Positions 43,065-57,045 of a DNA stretch of 64,000 nt are shown piece by piece. Each line of letters starts with the position of its first letter. The first letter of the stretch is position 1. A program made the position numbers and the translations under genes. The notes under the pieces are model-generated. The model was not told the origin of the DNA. It saw nothing but the letters and a program-made list of their open reading frames with translations, and searched no databases. The DNA is taken from assembly GCF_009914755.1 (NCBI RefSeq), contig NC_060935.1; one strand, given 5' to 3'. Origin of the DNA: the human T2T-CHM13v2.0 reference genome, Homo sapiens.

Positions 43065-44480
43065 AATGACTTGATTGAGATATAATTCATATACAATTTC
43101 TCATATAAAGTATACAGTTCAATACTTTTGGTATATTCAGAGTTCTGCAATCATTGCCACAACTTTAGAACAACTTCGTTACCCCCAAAAGAGCCACCAT
43201 ACCTATTCTCAGTCACTCTCCATTCTGCCCAATGGTGCCCAACTCTGAGCAACCAAGAACCTACTTTCTGTCTGTATGGATTTGCCTATTCTGGATCTTT
43301 CATAGAAATGAAATTGTATAATATATGTGATTGGCTTCTTAGCATGGTTTTTTTTTTCAAATTTCATCCATGTCGTAGCACATATCCGTCATTTGTTTCT
43401 TTTTATTTCCAAATAATATTTTAGCTTATGGATAAAACACATTGTATTTAATAGTTGGTGGACATTTGTATTGTTTCCACTATTTGGCTATATAAATATT
43501 AGCTTTTGAATATGAATGTTCATATGCTATGAACATTTGTATATAAGTTTTTGTGTACCCCCAAACTGGGTCATATAGTAACTCCATGTTTAATCTTTTG
43601 AAGAACTGCCAAACTGTTTTCCAGAGCGGCGGTGCCATTTAACATTCCCACCAGCACAAAAGAAGTGAAATTTAAATGGCTTGTTCCTGCCTTAACTGAT
43701 AACATTCCACCACAAAAGAAGTTAAAATGGCCGGTCCTTGCCTTAACCGATGACATCACCTTGTGAAATTCCTTCTCCTGGCTCATCCTGGCTCAAAAAG
43801 CTCCCCCACTGAGCACCTTGTGACCCCGACCCCTGCCCGCCAGAGAACAACCCCCTTTGACTGTGATTTTCCTTTACCTACCCAAATCCTATAAAACGGC
43901 CCCACCCCTATCTCCCTTCACTGACTCTCTTTTCAGACTCAGCCTGCCTGCACCCAGGTAACTAAAAAGCTTTGTTGCTCACACACACATACAAAACAAA
44001 ACAAAACAACCAACAACAACAAAAAAACATTCCCACCAGCAGGGTATGTGTGTTGCAATTTCTCTGCATCCTCACTATCACTTGTAGTTGTCTGTCTTTT
44101 TAATTATGGCCATCCTAGGGGGTATGAGGTGGTATCTCATTGCAGTTTCGATTTACATTTCTTTGATGGCTAAGGATCTTAAGCATCTTTTTATGTGCTT
44201 ATTGGGCCATTTATATGCTTATTTGGAAAAATGACTATTCAGCTCCTTTGCCTATTTTTAATTGAGTTGTTTTTTTATCATTGGGCTATCTGAACTCTTT
44301 ATAGAAGAGTTCTTTATACATTCTAGGTAGGAGTTCTAGATATATGATTTGCAAAAATTTTTCTCCCATTCTACAGATTGTCTTTTCACTTTCTTGACAG
44401 TGTTCTTTGAAGCACAGAAGTGTTAAATTTTGATGAACTAATTGATTTCTCTTGTTACTTGTGCTTTTGATATCCCCAGT
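43065..44480 (-). mobile_element. L1MB-type 3' end, interrupted by the LTR7 retrocopy
   Basis: Antisense L1 3'UTR/ORF2 motifs (GAACTGCCAAACTGTTTTCCA...GGTATCTCATTG). Confidence 0.8.
43657..44025 (+). mobile_element. LTR7 (HERV-H) U3-R fragment with A-rich tail
   Basis: CCTTAACTGATAACATTCCACCACAAAAGAAG repeats and CCTATAAAACGGCCCCACCCC. It ends at GCTCACACA, followed by an A/C-rich tail. 16-bp TSD AACATTCCCACCAGCA. Confidence 0.9.
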
Positions 44481-44659
44481 GTATCTTGAATAACACATAC
44501 ACTACAGGAGCCCCTCCCAGACAGTATTGAAATATCATTGCCTTGACTCTTCCTGATTAAGACAGACCAAATTCCTTAGGTGAGTGGGAACAGGGAATAA
44601 TCCTACTTTATTAAATTTGTATCCTAAATAGTTCCTGGTGGTTGTCCTTGTCTAGTAAA

Positions 44660-44880
44660 GTGGTTGAAGACATGGGCTCTCCAAATGGGTGCCTAGGCTA
44701 GAATCCTCTCTGCCATGATTCCTGCTACCTTGAGCAAATTACTTAGACTCACCAAGCCTCAGTGATCTCATCTATAAAATGGGGGAAATGGTAACCAATC
44801 AGCATTGTTGTGAGGATTAATTGGGTAATGCATATAAGGTGGTTCACACAGACCTTGCACATAATAAACATGTTAGCTAT
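44660..44880 (+). mobile_element. MIR SINE
   Basis: CCTTGAGCAAATTACTTA...GCCTCAG..CTCATCTATAAAATGGG. Confidence 0.75.
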
Positions 44881-45514
44881 GCCGTTATTATCCTTAGTAC
44901 CTGGGACAGAGAAGGCTGTCTGTAAGTGACTGCTGAATCAATGATTGAAAGAAGTATTATTGTGGAGAACGACCCAATCTCCTATTTAGAGTCACAATCC
45001 TGGTGCTCAGAATGGGCAAACAGAAACATTCACTCCCTTAGAAAGCAGGTAGGAGAAACTTCTTCAGTTTTATGAGGGTAGGGCAGAAAAGTCCCTGTGG
45101 GAGTTGACATCAAAAGGATTTGCCTGCTATACCAAAGGGATTTGACAGAAACTCCACTGGAGGCTTCCCGCAACCTCAGCATTTCCCTTATCTGGGGAGG
45201 TCTGTAAGGGTCCTGGGGACAGCATCTTCTGCTTCTCTTGCTTAATTGTCTCCTAAAAATCCAAAGAACATAGATAATTGTTCCAGGAGGAAATAGTGCT
45301 GGGCTTTGATTCTTACAGCTGGCATCAAAGCAGTGTCAGCATTTGTTACAAAGTCCCCTAACACACGCTTTGTACCAGTGCTCCTCGCCTTGGGTCATTA
45401 TTTCATGACGTTTGTTAAGAAATACGCTTTCTTTTTCACAGTCAGAAGTTTCTTCCCCAAAGCCTGCATCTCTCCTTGGTTTGTCTCAGTCTGTCTTGGT
45501 GGGATTGAAGCTGA

Positions 45515-45853
<339 letters not shown>

Positions 45854-46399
45854 TAGTTAATAGATGCTCCTGAGTAAAGGCAGATTCTGGTTCTGGGGTG
45901 TTACTAATGATAACAGGGCAAATAATTTTCAAATCTAGGTGAGTTAAAAGATCATCACAACAAAGAAAAAATGTAAAATGAAATTAGTTATATTACCAAA
46001 AAATGCAGATTAAGACTACTTTAAATTCAGTTTTTCCTACTCTTTGGGAAGCTCAAAAATTATTTTCCATCATTCCCCAAAAGAGGAAAGCAAGATGGCT
46101 ACTTTGCTGGAGCTGCATTTATTGGACTTCCCCAGTGTGTCTCCTTAACAATCTGAAGGTGCTGGGGTGATAGCTTCCACAGAACGTCTAGAGCTGGGGT
46201 TCTGGGGCTCACCTGCATGAGATATGTAGTATGTTCTATGAACAAGAAAGAAATAGGGGCTTAGAGATCCTTGAAATGGAAGGGGATGTGTCAAAGCAGC
46301 AAGGGTGAGGCTTTCCATATTGATGGATGCTGCCCAGGAACCCAGTTGGAGTGAGGAGGAGCATAGAGAACAGCAGCATAAAAGGTTACAATTTCAAAA

Positions 46400-47042
46400 T
46401 TAAGAAAAAAAAGTAACATCAGAAAAGTTATGGCAGTTCCTCAAAAATTAAACCTGGAATTACCATTTGACCCAGCATTTTCATTTCTAGATATATACCC
46501 AAAATAATTGAAAGCAGAGTCTCAAAGAGATATGTGTATACCCATGTGCATTGCAGCACTATTCAAAATAGCCAAAAGATAAAAGCAACTCCAGTATTTA
46601 TCATTGCATAAAAGGGTTAACAAAATGTTGTATCTACAGTCACCCCTTAGTATTTGTGGGAGATTTGTTCCATGACCCTTGTCAGATAACAAAATCCATG
46701 GATGCTCAAGTCCCTTATATAAAATGATATTGTATTTGCACATAACCCATGCATATCCTCTTGTATACTTTACATCATCTCTAGATTACTTATAATACCC
46801 AAAATAATGTAAATGCAATGTAAATAGTTGTATTGTTTAGGAAGTAATAAGAAAGAAGTCTGTACATGTTCAATACAGATGTAACCATCTTTCTTAACAA
46901 GTATTTTTGATCTAAGTTTGGTTGAAGCCATAGATGCAGAACCCACGAATACAGAGGGCTAACTGCACATACAATGGAATATTATTCAGCCATAAACAGG
47001 AGTGAAATTCTGACACATGCTATAACATGAATGAACCTTGAA
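46400..47042 (+). mobile_element. L1MB fragment interrupted by MER2
   Basis: GGCAGTTCCTCAAAAATTAAAC...TACCATTTGACCCAGC...ACAATGGAATATTATTCAGCCATAAA. Confidence 0.75.
46637..46965. mobile_element. MER2 (Tigger MITE)
   Basis: CAGTCACCCTTAGTAT...ATACAGAGGGCTAACTG terminal inverted repeats after a TA. Confidence 0.85.
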
Positions 47043-48600
47043 GGGCCTTGAATAATGTGTAAGTGGTTTGGATACTATTGAACAAGCATTTTCACTTCCG
47101 TTGTAATATGATTATGACCTATGGCTCCTAGGCCACAGAGCTGAGAGGAGCTCAGACTAATATCAGGATAATGGTCACAAATCACACCCTACCCTAAATG
47201 CAGTACCAATGGGAACTCTTCCACCAGCTGCACATGCACAGTTCCTTATACTCTTCTGTCAGTGCCTTGTTTCTGAGTATGCCATGGAAACAATGGGTGG
47301 GAGGGCAGTATAGGATATTTCATCTTTTACTTCTCTTAGATTGCAGCATCTTTGCCTTTGGATTCAGCATGAGTTCAATGGAACGAGGGATAATCCACAT
47401 AACAGTCGTCATGCTGTCTTTGGCTTCACTTACCTCCCCAACCGGCCTGCCATCTCTGAATCTAACTTGTGCTCTTTGCCTTTAGGGTGAATTCCTTCCC
47501 AGAAGACTCTTGGGCTCTTATTGCAAATACATTCGCAGTAGACTGGCGCCTCTAAGTCTAGTCATACCTCGTTCCTATGGTAACCACAGAGTGGCCTCCA
47601 GCTGGGACTCACAGCCATGTTTGCTTTCTGTTCAGGTATGCCCTCTCAGAAATGGGTTCATTTCTCACACTGAATGCATTTTCCACCAGATGTATCATGA
47701 AGACCAATTAGATGCTTTATTGTATGAATCATCTTAAGGCCACACATTCTCATGGCAATATCATCCTCATCAAGGTGAAAATTCATTCTTAGTTAGGTGG
47801 TTTATGTAAAAAGTGCAGACATATATACCATATATAAACAGATATACAGTATATCTGTGGTGTTAAAATTTCATAGGGAGGGTAATTAGGAAAAAAATGT
47901 CTAAAAAGGCTACTGAAGGAGACAATGAAAAACATTTGAGAAACATTCTCAAGGTCCCAAGATAAAAGGAATATTTGTAGAAATTACAAATATACTGTCT
48001 ATATAATTATCTTTATGTCCACACTTAAGATTTCCATTTAAAAGAAATATTTGTAAAACAAATGTTGAGATTTCTGTTTTAGAATGTGTCTACAGATGTC
48101 AAATATGCCAAGGAAGCCTCTTATATAGGCTATATTTTGGGTACTTCATATATTTGGAACTCTAGGTTCTTTTTTTTTTTTTTTAATGAAAACATGCAAT
48201 TTCCCAAATGGTTTCATTGACTGGTTACCATCACTGAATTTTAACTGAAAGCCCTTTGGGCAGCTGTGATCAATTAGATTTTGATTATTGGCTAATTATA
48301 TGCATTTAAAATATATCCAAGAGACAGATAATACAGTTAAGTATAATAATTAAACTAATATTATGATTAAAAATATTTTAATCTTTCATCAGTTCAGAAG
48401 AAATGTAAGAAACATGTTTTATATATACAATTTACAAAGAGCTTTCCTATAAGCTCCACTTGATAACTGTGTAGCTCATTTGATCCTCATAACAGCCCCA
48501 TGATGTAGGGTTATTATTTTACCATTATTTGCCTTAGAGATAAGGAAACTGAGGATCAGTCAGCTTGATTGGTTTGTTCAAGATGACTTAGCTGCAATGG

Positions 48601-48970
48601 TGCTTATTAGACAGTTTAGGCTGCCATAACCAAATGCCACAGAGTGAGCGGCTTAAACAACATAAGTTTATTTTCTCACAGTTCTGGAGGCTGAAGTCCA
48701 AGATCAGATGTTCCCAGGGTTGGTGTCCTCTCTTCCTGGCTTGCAAACGGCTGCCTTCCTCACATGACCTATCTTCGGTGCAAGCACAGAGAGAAAGAGA
48801 GAGATCTCTGGTGTCTCTTCCTCTTAGAATACCAGTCCTATCAGATTAGGGCCCCACCCTCATGACCTCATATAACCTTAATTGCCTCCAGAAAGCCCTC
48901 TGAGTACTGTCACATTGATGGTTAGAGCTTCAACATATGGGTTTCTGAGGGACACAGTTCAGTCCATAAC
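48601..48970 (-). mobile_element. MLT1A-type MaLR LTR
   Basis: GGCTGCCATAAC...TCTCACAGTTCTGGAGGCT...GGACACAGTTCAGTCCATAAC. Confidence 0.8.
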
Positions 48971-49675
48971 TGAGATTTGAAGTCCTCTGATTCCTAAGCC
49001 TACTCTTTCTGTCCCATCCCACAACCCCTTCACATGCTCGCATCCATCCCCCGAGAAAGGGCCAGACCCCTGGCAGCAAGCCTAGAGCAGGCAGGCAGCT
49101 GTCTGATCCTGGGGTGACAGCTAGAGTCAGTGGGAGGAAGGCATGCATTTTCTGCATCAGGGGAAGGGAGGGAAGTGGACAAGCCAGGCATTGATCCCCC
49201 TCGCGTGGCCGCTGCCTTAGTTCAGGAGCTCATTATCTCTTGCCCTGATGGCTGGAAGAGTCCCCTGCTTACTTTCTCTACCCCAGCCTTGCTCCACTCC
49301 ATTCCATCCCCCAAAGAGACAACAGAGTCCTTTTTCTAAAATACAAGTCTAACCACCTCGTTACTGTGCTTAGAACGATTCCTTGTTTCTCACCAGCTAG
49401 GCAAAGCCTAATTCCTTAATTCTTCATTTAAGAGGCTTAATATGTCCTTGGCCAGGGCTATATTTTCAACATGATCTCCTCACGCTTCTCTCCTAACATT
49501 GAGCATTCCAGCCACACAAAACTCTTTGTTCTCTTCAACACACTGAGAAAATGCACATTTTTATTTCAAAACTCAGTTCAGAAGGTACCACTTCTAGGAA
49601 GCGTTCCTAGAAATCCTCCCTAAAAACACAAGCAATTCTTGTTTTTCTGAAGCCATAATTTGATTATAAAGGTGG

Positions 49676-50310
49676 CATCTTAGTGCACGTGCCACTTATA
49701 AAAAACAGAAATGTATTTCTTAACAGTTCTGGAGGCTGGGAAGTATAAGATCCAGGAGCTGGCAGACTTGGTGTCTGGTGAGGGCCCTCTTTCTGGTTCA
49801 TAAAAGTACCTTCTCACCTCACTTGGTGGAAGAATGAAGGCAACTCTTGGAGCTTCTCTTTTTTGGAGATGGAATCTCGCTCTGTCGTCCAGGCTGGAGT
49901 GCAGTGGCGCGATCTTGGCTCACTGTGCAACCTCCGCCTCCCAGGTTCAAGCAATTCTTCTGCCTCAGCCTCCCGAGTAGCTGGGACTGCAGGTGCATGC
50001 TGCCACGCCCGGCTAAGTTTTTGGATTTTATTAGAGGTGGGGTTTCACCGCCTTACCCAGGCTGGTCTCGAACTCCTGAGCTCAGGCAATCTGCCCACCT
50101 CGGCCTCCCAAAGTGCTAGGATTATAGGCGTGAGCCACTGTGCCCTGCCGGGGCTTCTCTTATAAGGACAGTAATCCCATTTACATTGGCTCCACCTTTG
50201 TGACCTAATCACCTCCCAAAAGGCCCCACGTCCTAATACCATCACATTGGGAGTTAGGTTTCAGCATAGGAGTTTTTAGGGCATGGAGAGGCACAAACAT
50301 CCAGACAAGC
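49676..50310 (-). mobile_element. MST/MLT1A-type MaLR LTR interrupted by an Alu
   Basis: ACAGTTCTGGAGGCTGGGAAGT...CTAATCACCTCCCAAAAGGCCCC. Confidence 0.75.
49860..50149 (-). mobile_element. AluS with very short tail
   Basis: Antisense Alu. TSD GG(A/G)GCTTCTCT at 49849-49859 and 50150-50160. Confidence 0.92.
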
Positions 50311-51799
50311 ATTTACCTTCTGCTGAAATTGTCTCAGTGTTTGCCTCTCCTAATGGAATATGGGCCACATGTACAGCAAGGGCTCAGCAAATGCTTGCTG
50401 AACAAACAAGTTTGAGGCAGGTTTCTAACTCAGGTAGATCGTTTCATCCTCTTCATCCCCCAGCAACCAAGAAAACCAGCCTATTGCCATGGGGGGGTCC
50501 TCCAACCCTGGCTATTCTCCAATGCTAAAGACTGACAGATAATCTCAATTAGCAAATTGACCCTCGTGGATTTTCTGCACTCATAGCAAATGTCTTCAGG
50601 AAAACTGAATTTCTCTCCATACCTGGTAATCACAACTTCATTCTCTCCTCTATTTGGAATAACTTCTTGTATGATTTATACAGTAGCCAAATTCCACGTA
50701 GCTTTTAGAACTCTGGGGGTCACTGAGGCTGATAGGAAGTCAGTCTTCCAAGCTTTTTTTACAGCAAGCCAAAGCTCCTGGAAGGTCAAACACCAAGTGC
50801 TGGTAAAACCCCTTTGGTCAGAGGCCACGCTTGGCTCTTAACTTACCACCTGCAGCCAATTTTCTCTTGAACTAATTGGTTGGCCAATGCATATGGCTGT
50901 TTTTCACTGACCAGCTGTTTAACTCAGTGGTCTATCACTCCCTTCCCTCCTTGAGATATACTAAATCTTCCACACATGCTTGCTACAGTGTGCTCCGATT
51001 CTACCCTTCATTCTCTTTCCTTTCTCCTACTCCTGGAGCAAGACCACCTTCAGGATTGATCTGATGGGAGAAAGAACCTACAGTGTAACCTCAAAATTAT
51101 TCTGCTTATTATGGAAGAGAGGGATTGCAATCTGTAACAAAACTATCTTTCCTTTAGTGAAACACACGCACGTTCCCAAAGATTATGAAAATTATTCTTC
51201 ATTTAAGACCAGAAGGTCTAGTCCACCCTATACCACAGGTGGCGAAGGTTTATGAATGGCTTCTGTATTCTGCCCAGCTTGCCCAGCCGCCTTTTGTTGG
51301 CATGGTGCCTTGGAACAAGACTCTCAGAGTGTTCCTTATGCTCATCCCTGTGGTAACAGAGAGCAACATTACTGAACCTTTGTTCTTGTATCCTTTCTTT
51401 TTGTCTCCTCTATATTTGATTCCCTGATTTCTTCTACTGAATATCACACCACAAAAATCCTCCACGTTTTTTACATAATCTTCATCAAGTGAATGACATT
51501 TTGGTTATTCTCCTTTTATTTACTAATTGCATGATCTTATTTTTCATTCTTGTATATAACACTTCAATGAATATATTCACAAATGTAGGTTTTTAAAAAT
51601 TCTTTTCACTTCTCTAGGATTAATTTTCAGTAATGGAATGACTGGGTCAAAGGAGATCAACATTGCTGTGGCTCTTTCAGGTGATTATCATTTTGCTCTG
51701 TGTACACTGCCACCAGCTTTGTGCAAGGTACCAGTTGTAGAGCAAGATCACTGACATACACTTTCCATTTATCTTTACTAATTAAATAAATATAAAACA

Positions 51800-52090
<291 letters not shown>

Positions 52091-53539
52091 TTTACAAATA
52101 CATATAAAAAATTATTTTCAGTTCCATTTTGATTTCTGTTTAAGTCATGGCCAGCAGTTATTAAAGTATGGTCAACTTAGACTTTTTGGCATCACTCACC
52201 AAACTGCTATTTCCAGGTTCTCTTAAATTCCATGGATTTTAACTTTGGCCCATGACCTCCTTGACCTCTGGAAATGTGACATCCTGCACCTGCTGCATCA
52301 GGGCTCTTCCCTGGTCTTGCCTACACTTGTGTCTACACAGGTAACATCTCTCTAGATCATGTATCAGCTCTGCCATGAGAGATAAGCCTAAGTCTGCATT
52401 TTTTTTCCCTAGAAACGTGTTTCAACTCTTTTTTCCCAAATGTTTGGGATTATGGTTCTATACCAACGATGCCGTCAGAACCCAAAATAGTTTAAAATTT
52501 TTCCTTTGGAAATTGCTTTCAAAGCCATTGGCATGTTCTTGTGAATATCCTTATTGGTGGCAAAACTTGATATTTAAAAGGTAGATTTTATTTTCTGGAA
52601 GGAAACTAATTTTTTTTTTACATATGGTCTATATCAGAAAGTATCCTGTTAGAAACCTGGTTATTGTTTTAGCTATTTGCCAGGTGGAGGAGAACTGAAA
52701 AGCCAAAAGGGGGATACTGAGGTATCACAAAGGCAGTAGCTGCCAGAAGCTACCCTAGGGATGGGGGAACAAACGAAAGATGTAGGGATTACTAAAATGT
52801 AAACGCTTATAGGAGGGGTCTGCAGAGTTGGGGCTTAGCCCTCTAAGGATTAGGCACTTCTCAAATAGACCAAGGGCTCTGAGCTTGGAGCCTGCAGAAG
52901 AGGCTCCACGGAGCTGAAATTCTGACTTCAGAGGAGCAGGTGTGGTGGCTGCTGCTGTATTTCTGAGAGGCACCAGGAAGCTGGTTCTAAAAGTGTGGAA
53001 TGATTGCAAACTAGAACGGCCTGTGCTCCTGGAATCCATTGCTGTGCTGCCAGGGCGAAGCAATGTTGCTGGTGGCAATGCTGATAGGATCAGGTAGCAA
53101 TTGGCAAGGAGGAAGTGTCCTTCACTCCTCCAACGTTCAAACTGCTGTGGCATACCTGACAGGAAGAGCCTGACAGGAGCCAGCAAAGGGAATTGCAGAG
53201 GCTAGTCCCAGCATCAGAAAGCAGAGTGAAGAAGAGAGGATTGGAGTCAGGATGCAATCACTTAATAACCAGCAACCCACTGTGTACCAGGCACTCCAGA
53301 AGCATTTTAACAGCTCCTTTAGTTCTCATGCCATCCCTGTGATTGAGAAACTCTTGACTATTTTAGGGATGAGAAAATGGAGGCCCAGAGAGAGTAAACA
53401 GTAGTAGTGGCACTAGAATGAGAACAAACAGCTTGTCCCACTACATCTTCTAAAGCTGAGCTTCCTTCTGGATGATGAAGAGAGAAATTTTTTCTTTCCT
53501 GAGGGGAGCTGTAACGAGGGTAGATGAGGGGGAGAAGGG

Positions 53540-53915
53540 TGATATGGTTTGACTGTGTCCCCACCCAAAATCTCATCTTGAATTATAATCCCCATAATCT
53601 CTATGTATCTAGACAGAAACCAGGTGGAGCTAATTGAATCATGGGGTTGGTTTCCCCCCATGCTGTTCTCGTGGTAGTGAGTGAGTTCTCACGAGATCTG
53701 ATGGTTTTACAAGGGGCTCTTCCCTGTTCACTCATCACTCTTCTCCCTGCTGCTGCCACGTGAAGATCCTTGCTTCCCCTTTGCCTTCCGCCGTAATTGT
53801 AAGTGTTCTGAGGCCTCCCTAGCCATACGGAACTGTGAGTCAATTAAACCTGGTTCCTTTATAAATTACCTAGTTTGGGCAGTTCTTTATAGCACAGTGA
53901 GAATGAACTAATATA
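53540..53915 (+). mobile_element. THE1 (THE1D-like) MaLR solo LTR
   Basis: TGATATGGTTTGACTGTGTCCCCACCCAAAATCTCATCTTGAATT...AACTAATATA. 5-bp TSD AAGGG at 53535-53539 and 53916-53920. Confidence 0.9.
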
Positions 53916-54596
53916 AAGGGAAAGGGCCAGATGATGGCATAAGACTATGTTGTGTGCAATATGATCTTTCCTTGTGACCCACTGCCCAAATCCTTAGGAA
54001 ATTCTACCCAACTCACAGAACATTTGGAGTAAGTGGATTTCTTGTGAAAACTGGTAACAGACCCAAACTTTGCACCAGGGAAGACATGAGGAGGAACAGA
54101 GACGGCATCTGTAGACTCCGCACAAGAGTGAGTGAGGGCAAGCCCTGTAGTTGCAGAGATCTCTGGAAGTTTTATGACTTCGCTTATGTAATTGGTCTGT
54201 AGCTTAAGGCTTGAGATGCCCTGACATTTAAATTATGCCCATTTTGCAGATGGAGAGATCGAAGCCTAGAAAAGTTAGATAACATAACTAAGATCATATA
54301 GCTCTTAAGTTGTAAAACTTGGATTTGAAGACAGTTCTGCCCGATTTCAAAAATGAATGGATGAGAGAAGCCCCAATAGTACTGTTACTTACCGTTTATA
54401 CAAAATGTATTACATACGTGGAATTATGCTAAGTGCTTATTTTGTTTAATCTCACAGTTCAGTGAGGTAGATATTACGCCTGTTTTACAGATTAAAAACT
54501 GTGGCTGAGACAGGCTCAATTGTGCCTTATTCACAGCTAGCAGTAAGTGAAGTTGGAATCCTCACCTAAGTTCACTGGAAATCTCATGCTCTTAAC

Positions 54597-54750
54597 CAGT
54601 GCTTCTCAAAATGAGCCTGAGAATCACTGAAGGATCTTGTTCAATGCAGATTTCTATTCGGTAGATGTGGGGTAGGGCCTAAGATGGTGCATTTATAATC
54701 AGCTTCCAGTAAGCCAATGCCACTGGTCCATGAACCTTACTGAGTAGCAA
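54597..54750. mobile_element. MER5A, preceded by MIR fragments (54230-54596)
   Basis: CAGTGCTTCTCAAA...AATGCAGATT...CTGAGTAGCAAG. Confidence 0.65.
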
Positions 54751-56099
54751 GGCTCCTAGCAAGAATATCACACTGCTTCCTTAATCTGCCCAGCCCACCT
54801 CATCATTTTCAGATTGACTCACCACTGAGACTCCAAGAAGCCTCTTGGTCAAGCTCAGTTATGATGTGACACCCAGAGCTTGTCCTTCTTTCTCTTTCCT
54901 TCCTTTGAAATTTTTCAGAGTAAAGTAAGTAACCAAACAAATCCATCATCTGGCAGGTCATTAAGAAAAACATGATTTTTCCCCCCTGTGACTACACTCA
55001 ATTAATGAAGCTGTCATTAAAGCCCATGAACATGTCAAAAAATTAGTTTCAGGTGTTGGATTGTTTGGTTCTAGGATACTTTCTATATTTTTAATGAGGA
55101 GTATTTGAAATATCACCCTTCTCCTCCATCAGGGGCTTCCGGCTCAGGATACCTAAGAAGCCTGACATATTGGGGGTCAGTGGGGGTATTTATGGGAAGC
55201 ATCAAACATCAACTCATTGTTGTCTCTTTCCATTACCAAAGGCTGCTCATTGAGAATGTTTTCAGAGCCATGGTATTTCTTTGGGGAAAAAAAGGGAAAT
55301 GTAGCTTGTGAAAAGGGTTGACAACTTCAACAAAGGAACCAAAGAGTGCTAACCAGGGATCTCCCACTGATGGTGATGTTTCCATAAAATGGAAAGCCTT
55401 AAGGAAGATTCATTTTTTTTCTCCCTAAGAAAGAACATATGTTTTTAAACTTCTTGTTAAAGGAAATATTTTATTCCAAGAAGTAAATGAGGTGGGTTAA
55501 TACTTTAAAATAATAACTGACATGTTTTACCTCTACAATTTCTCTTCCCTTCCTTTCTCCCCGCCACCAAGCCTCTCTTAAACTAGACTTCAGCATTCTC
55601 ATCCCTCAAGTTGGATTGTTATGGTAGAAATGCAAAGAAAATAAAATATGTAATTTTGTTTTGTTTTGGAACTTTAAAGCTGGGCCTGAGCTTCAACAAT
55701 AACTTTGGAAAAACACGTATAGAGTAATTGCTTCCCTTCCACACAGGGGAGCTACAAGTGTCTGGGCTGGAGCATTGAGGAAGTGAGTCAGGAAAGAAAA
55801 GTTAATTGCTGGTAGGGATGTCTGAGAAGGTACCTTGTTTTGTACTCCACTCCATGGGGTATGGGGGAGGGGGAAACAACAAACTGAGATAATGGTCCTG
55901 CTTGGCATTCATTATGTTCTGCTCTGTAAGAAGGCTTTGGGGACTTCTTATGTATCTTTTCAAATATCCCTTTCTATTCTCCATGTTGTGCATGTCAGCA
56001 ATTTGGTAGTTTTTATTGTTGAATAACATACCATTGTACAAATATGTTATAGTTTGTTATCCATTCAGCTTCTCATGGACATTTGGGTTGTTTCCATTC

Positions 56100-56383
56100 T
56101 CATCACTTGCTTTGGCTAATGGAATGAGGTGGAAGTGAGGATGTGCTAGTTTCAAGCCTAGGCACAAGAGGCCATACATACTTCTAATTGCTTCCCAGAG
56201 ATTTTGCCATCCCCATGAAAAGAACATGCGGGCTGGCCTGTTGGCTTAGACAGTGAGAGACACAGGAGTAGAGCTTAGCCTTAACCTGCCAACCTCCAGA
56301 TCTGTGATTTAAAAATAAATAATTGTTTTAACCCACTGAGATTTGGGAGGCGGTTTGTTACACAGCAAGGGTTGACTGATACA
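56100..56383 (+). mobile_element. MLT1H/J-type MaLR LTR fragment
   Basis: CCACTGAGATTTGGG..GGTTTGTTACACAGCA..GACTGATACA 3' end. Confidence 0.65.
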
Positions 56384-57045
56384 GCCACTCTTCATCACTA
56401 GCGATTGAATGGATGCTCAGGACCTAGCTAGCTGGTACTCATTATGGTAGGCTTCCCTGCTTTTTGGGGCCAAAGTACTAACTGGACCATGCCCACTCTC
56501 TTCCAGCTGTTGCCATTACTTTATTCCCCTTGAAACGGTAACAATTTATATCAATTAGGGTGTCAGCTTGATGAATGTGCTCATGGAGTTGTCCTGCCAC
56601 ACTTCTAATTAAAAAAGCTCAGGCATCCTGGGTGCTCCATCTGGCCAGAGAGTATACAGTGTTGGGAGAGGGGCAACTTAATTGTGGCAATGGGGCGGGA
56701 CCTGACCAGTTGCAGTTCTCTGTGAGGATTGCCCAGAGCAATGTGGAGTGGGGTGTAAAGTGAAAACCTCTGTTAGTATGCAGCACCTTAATACTGACCC
56801 CAGCATCCATCCATGCTTTTGGATGGAATCAACTTCTGCTTGTCATTCCTTTCCTCTTACAACTTAACTACATTCAATCTGTCAAGGATGACACTTCTGA
56901 GACTGACATTATGTAAGTCTCTTTATAGATACAATTTTTCTTGGCATTTTCAATTTGGTAGGGGAGAAGAGGAACAGCGTCAATTTGTAGTTTTCCACCT
57001 TTCCTGCAATGGGAGGTTCCAATTTTTCCCCTGTGTTTATTCTGA

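Noticed and set aside
52690-53275. 143-aa ORF 52755-53186 (-)
   Set aside because: No domain similarity. The region looks like a decayed ancient LTR whose family I cannot assign.
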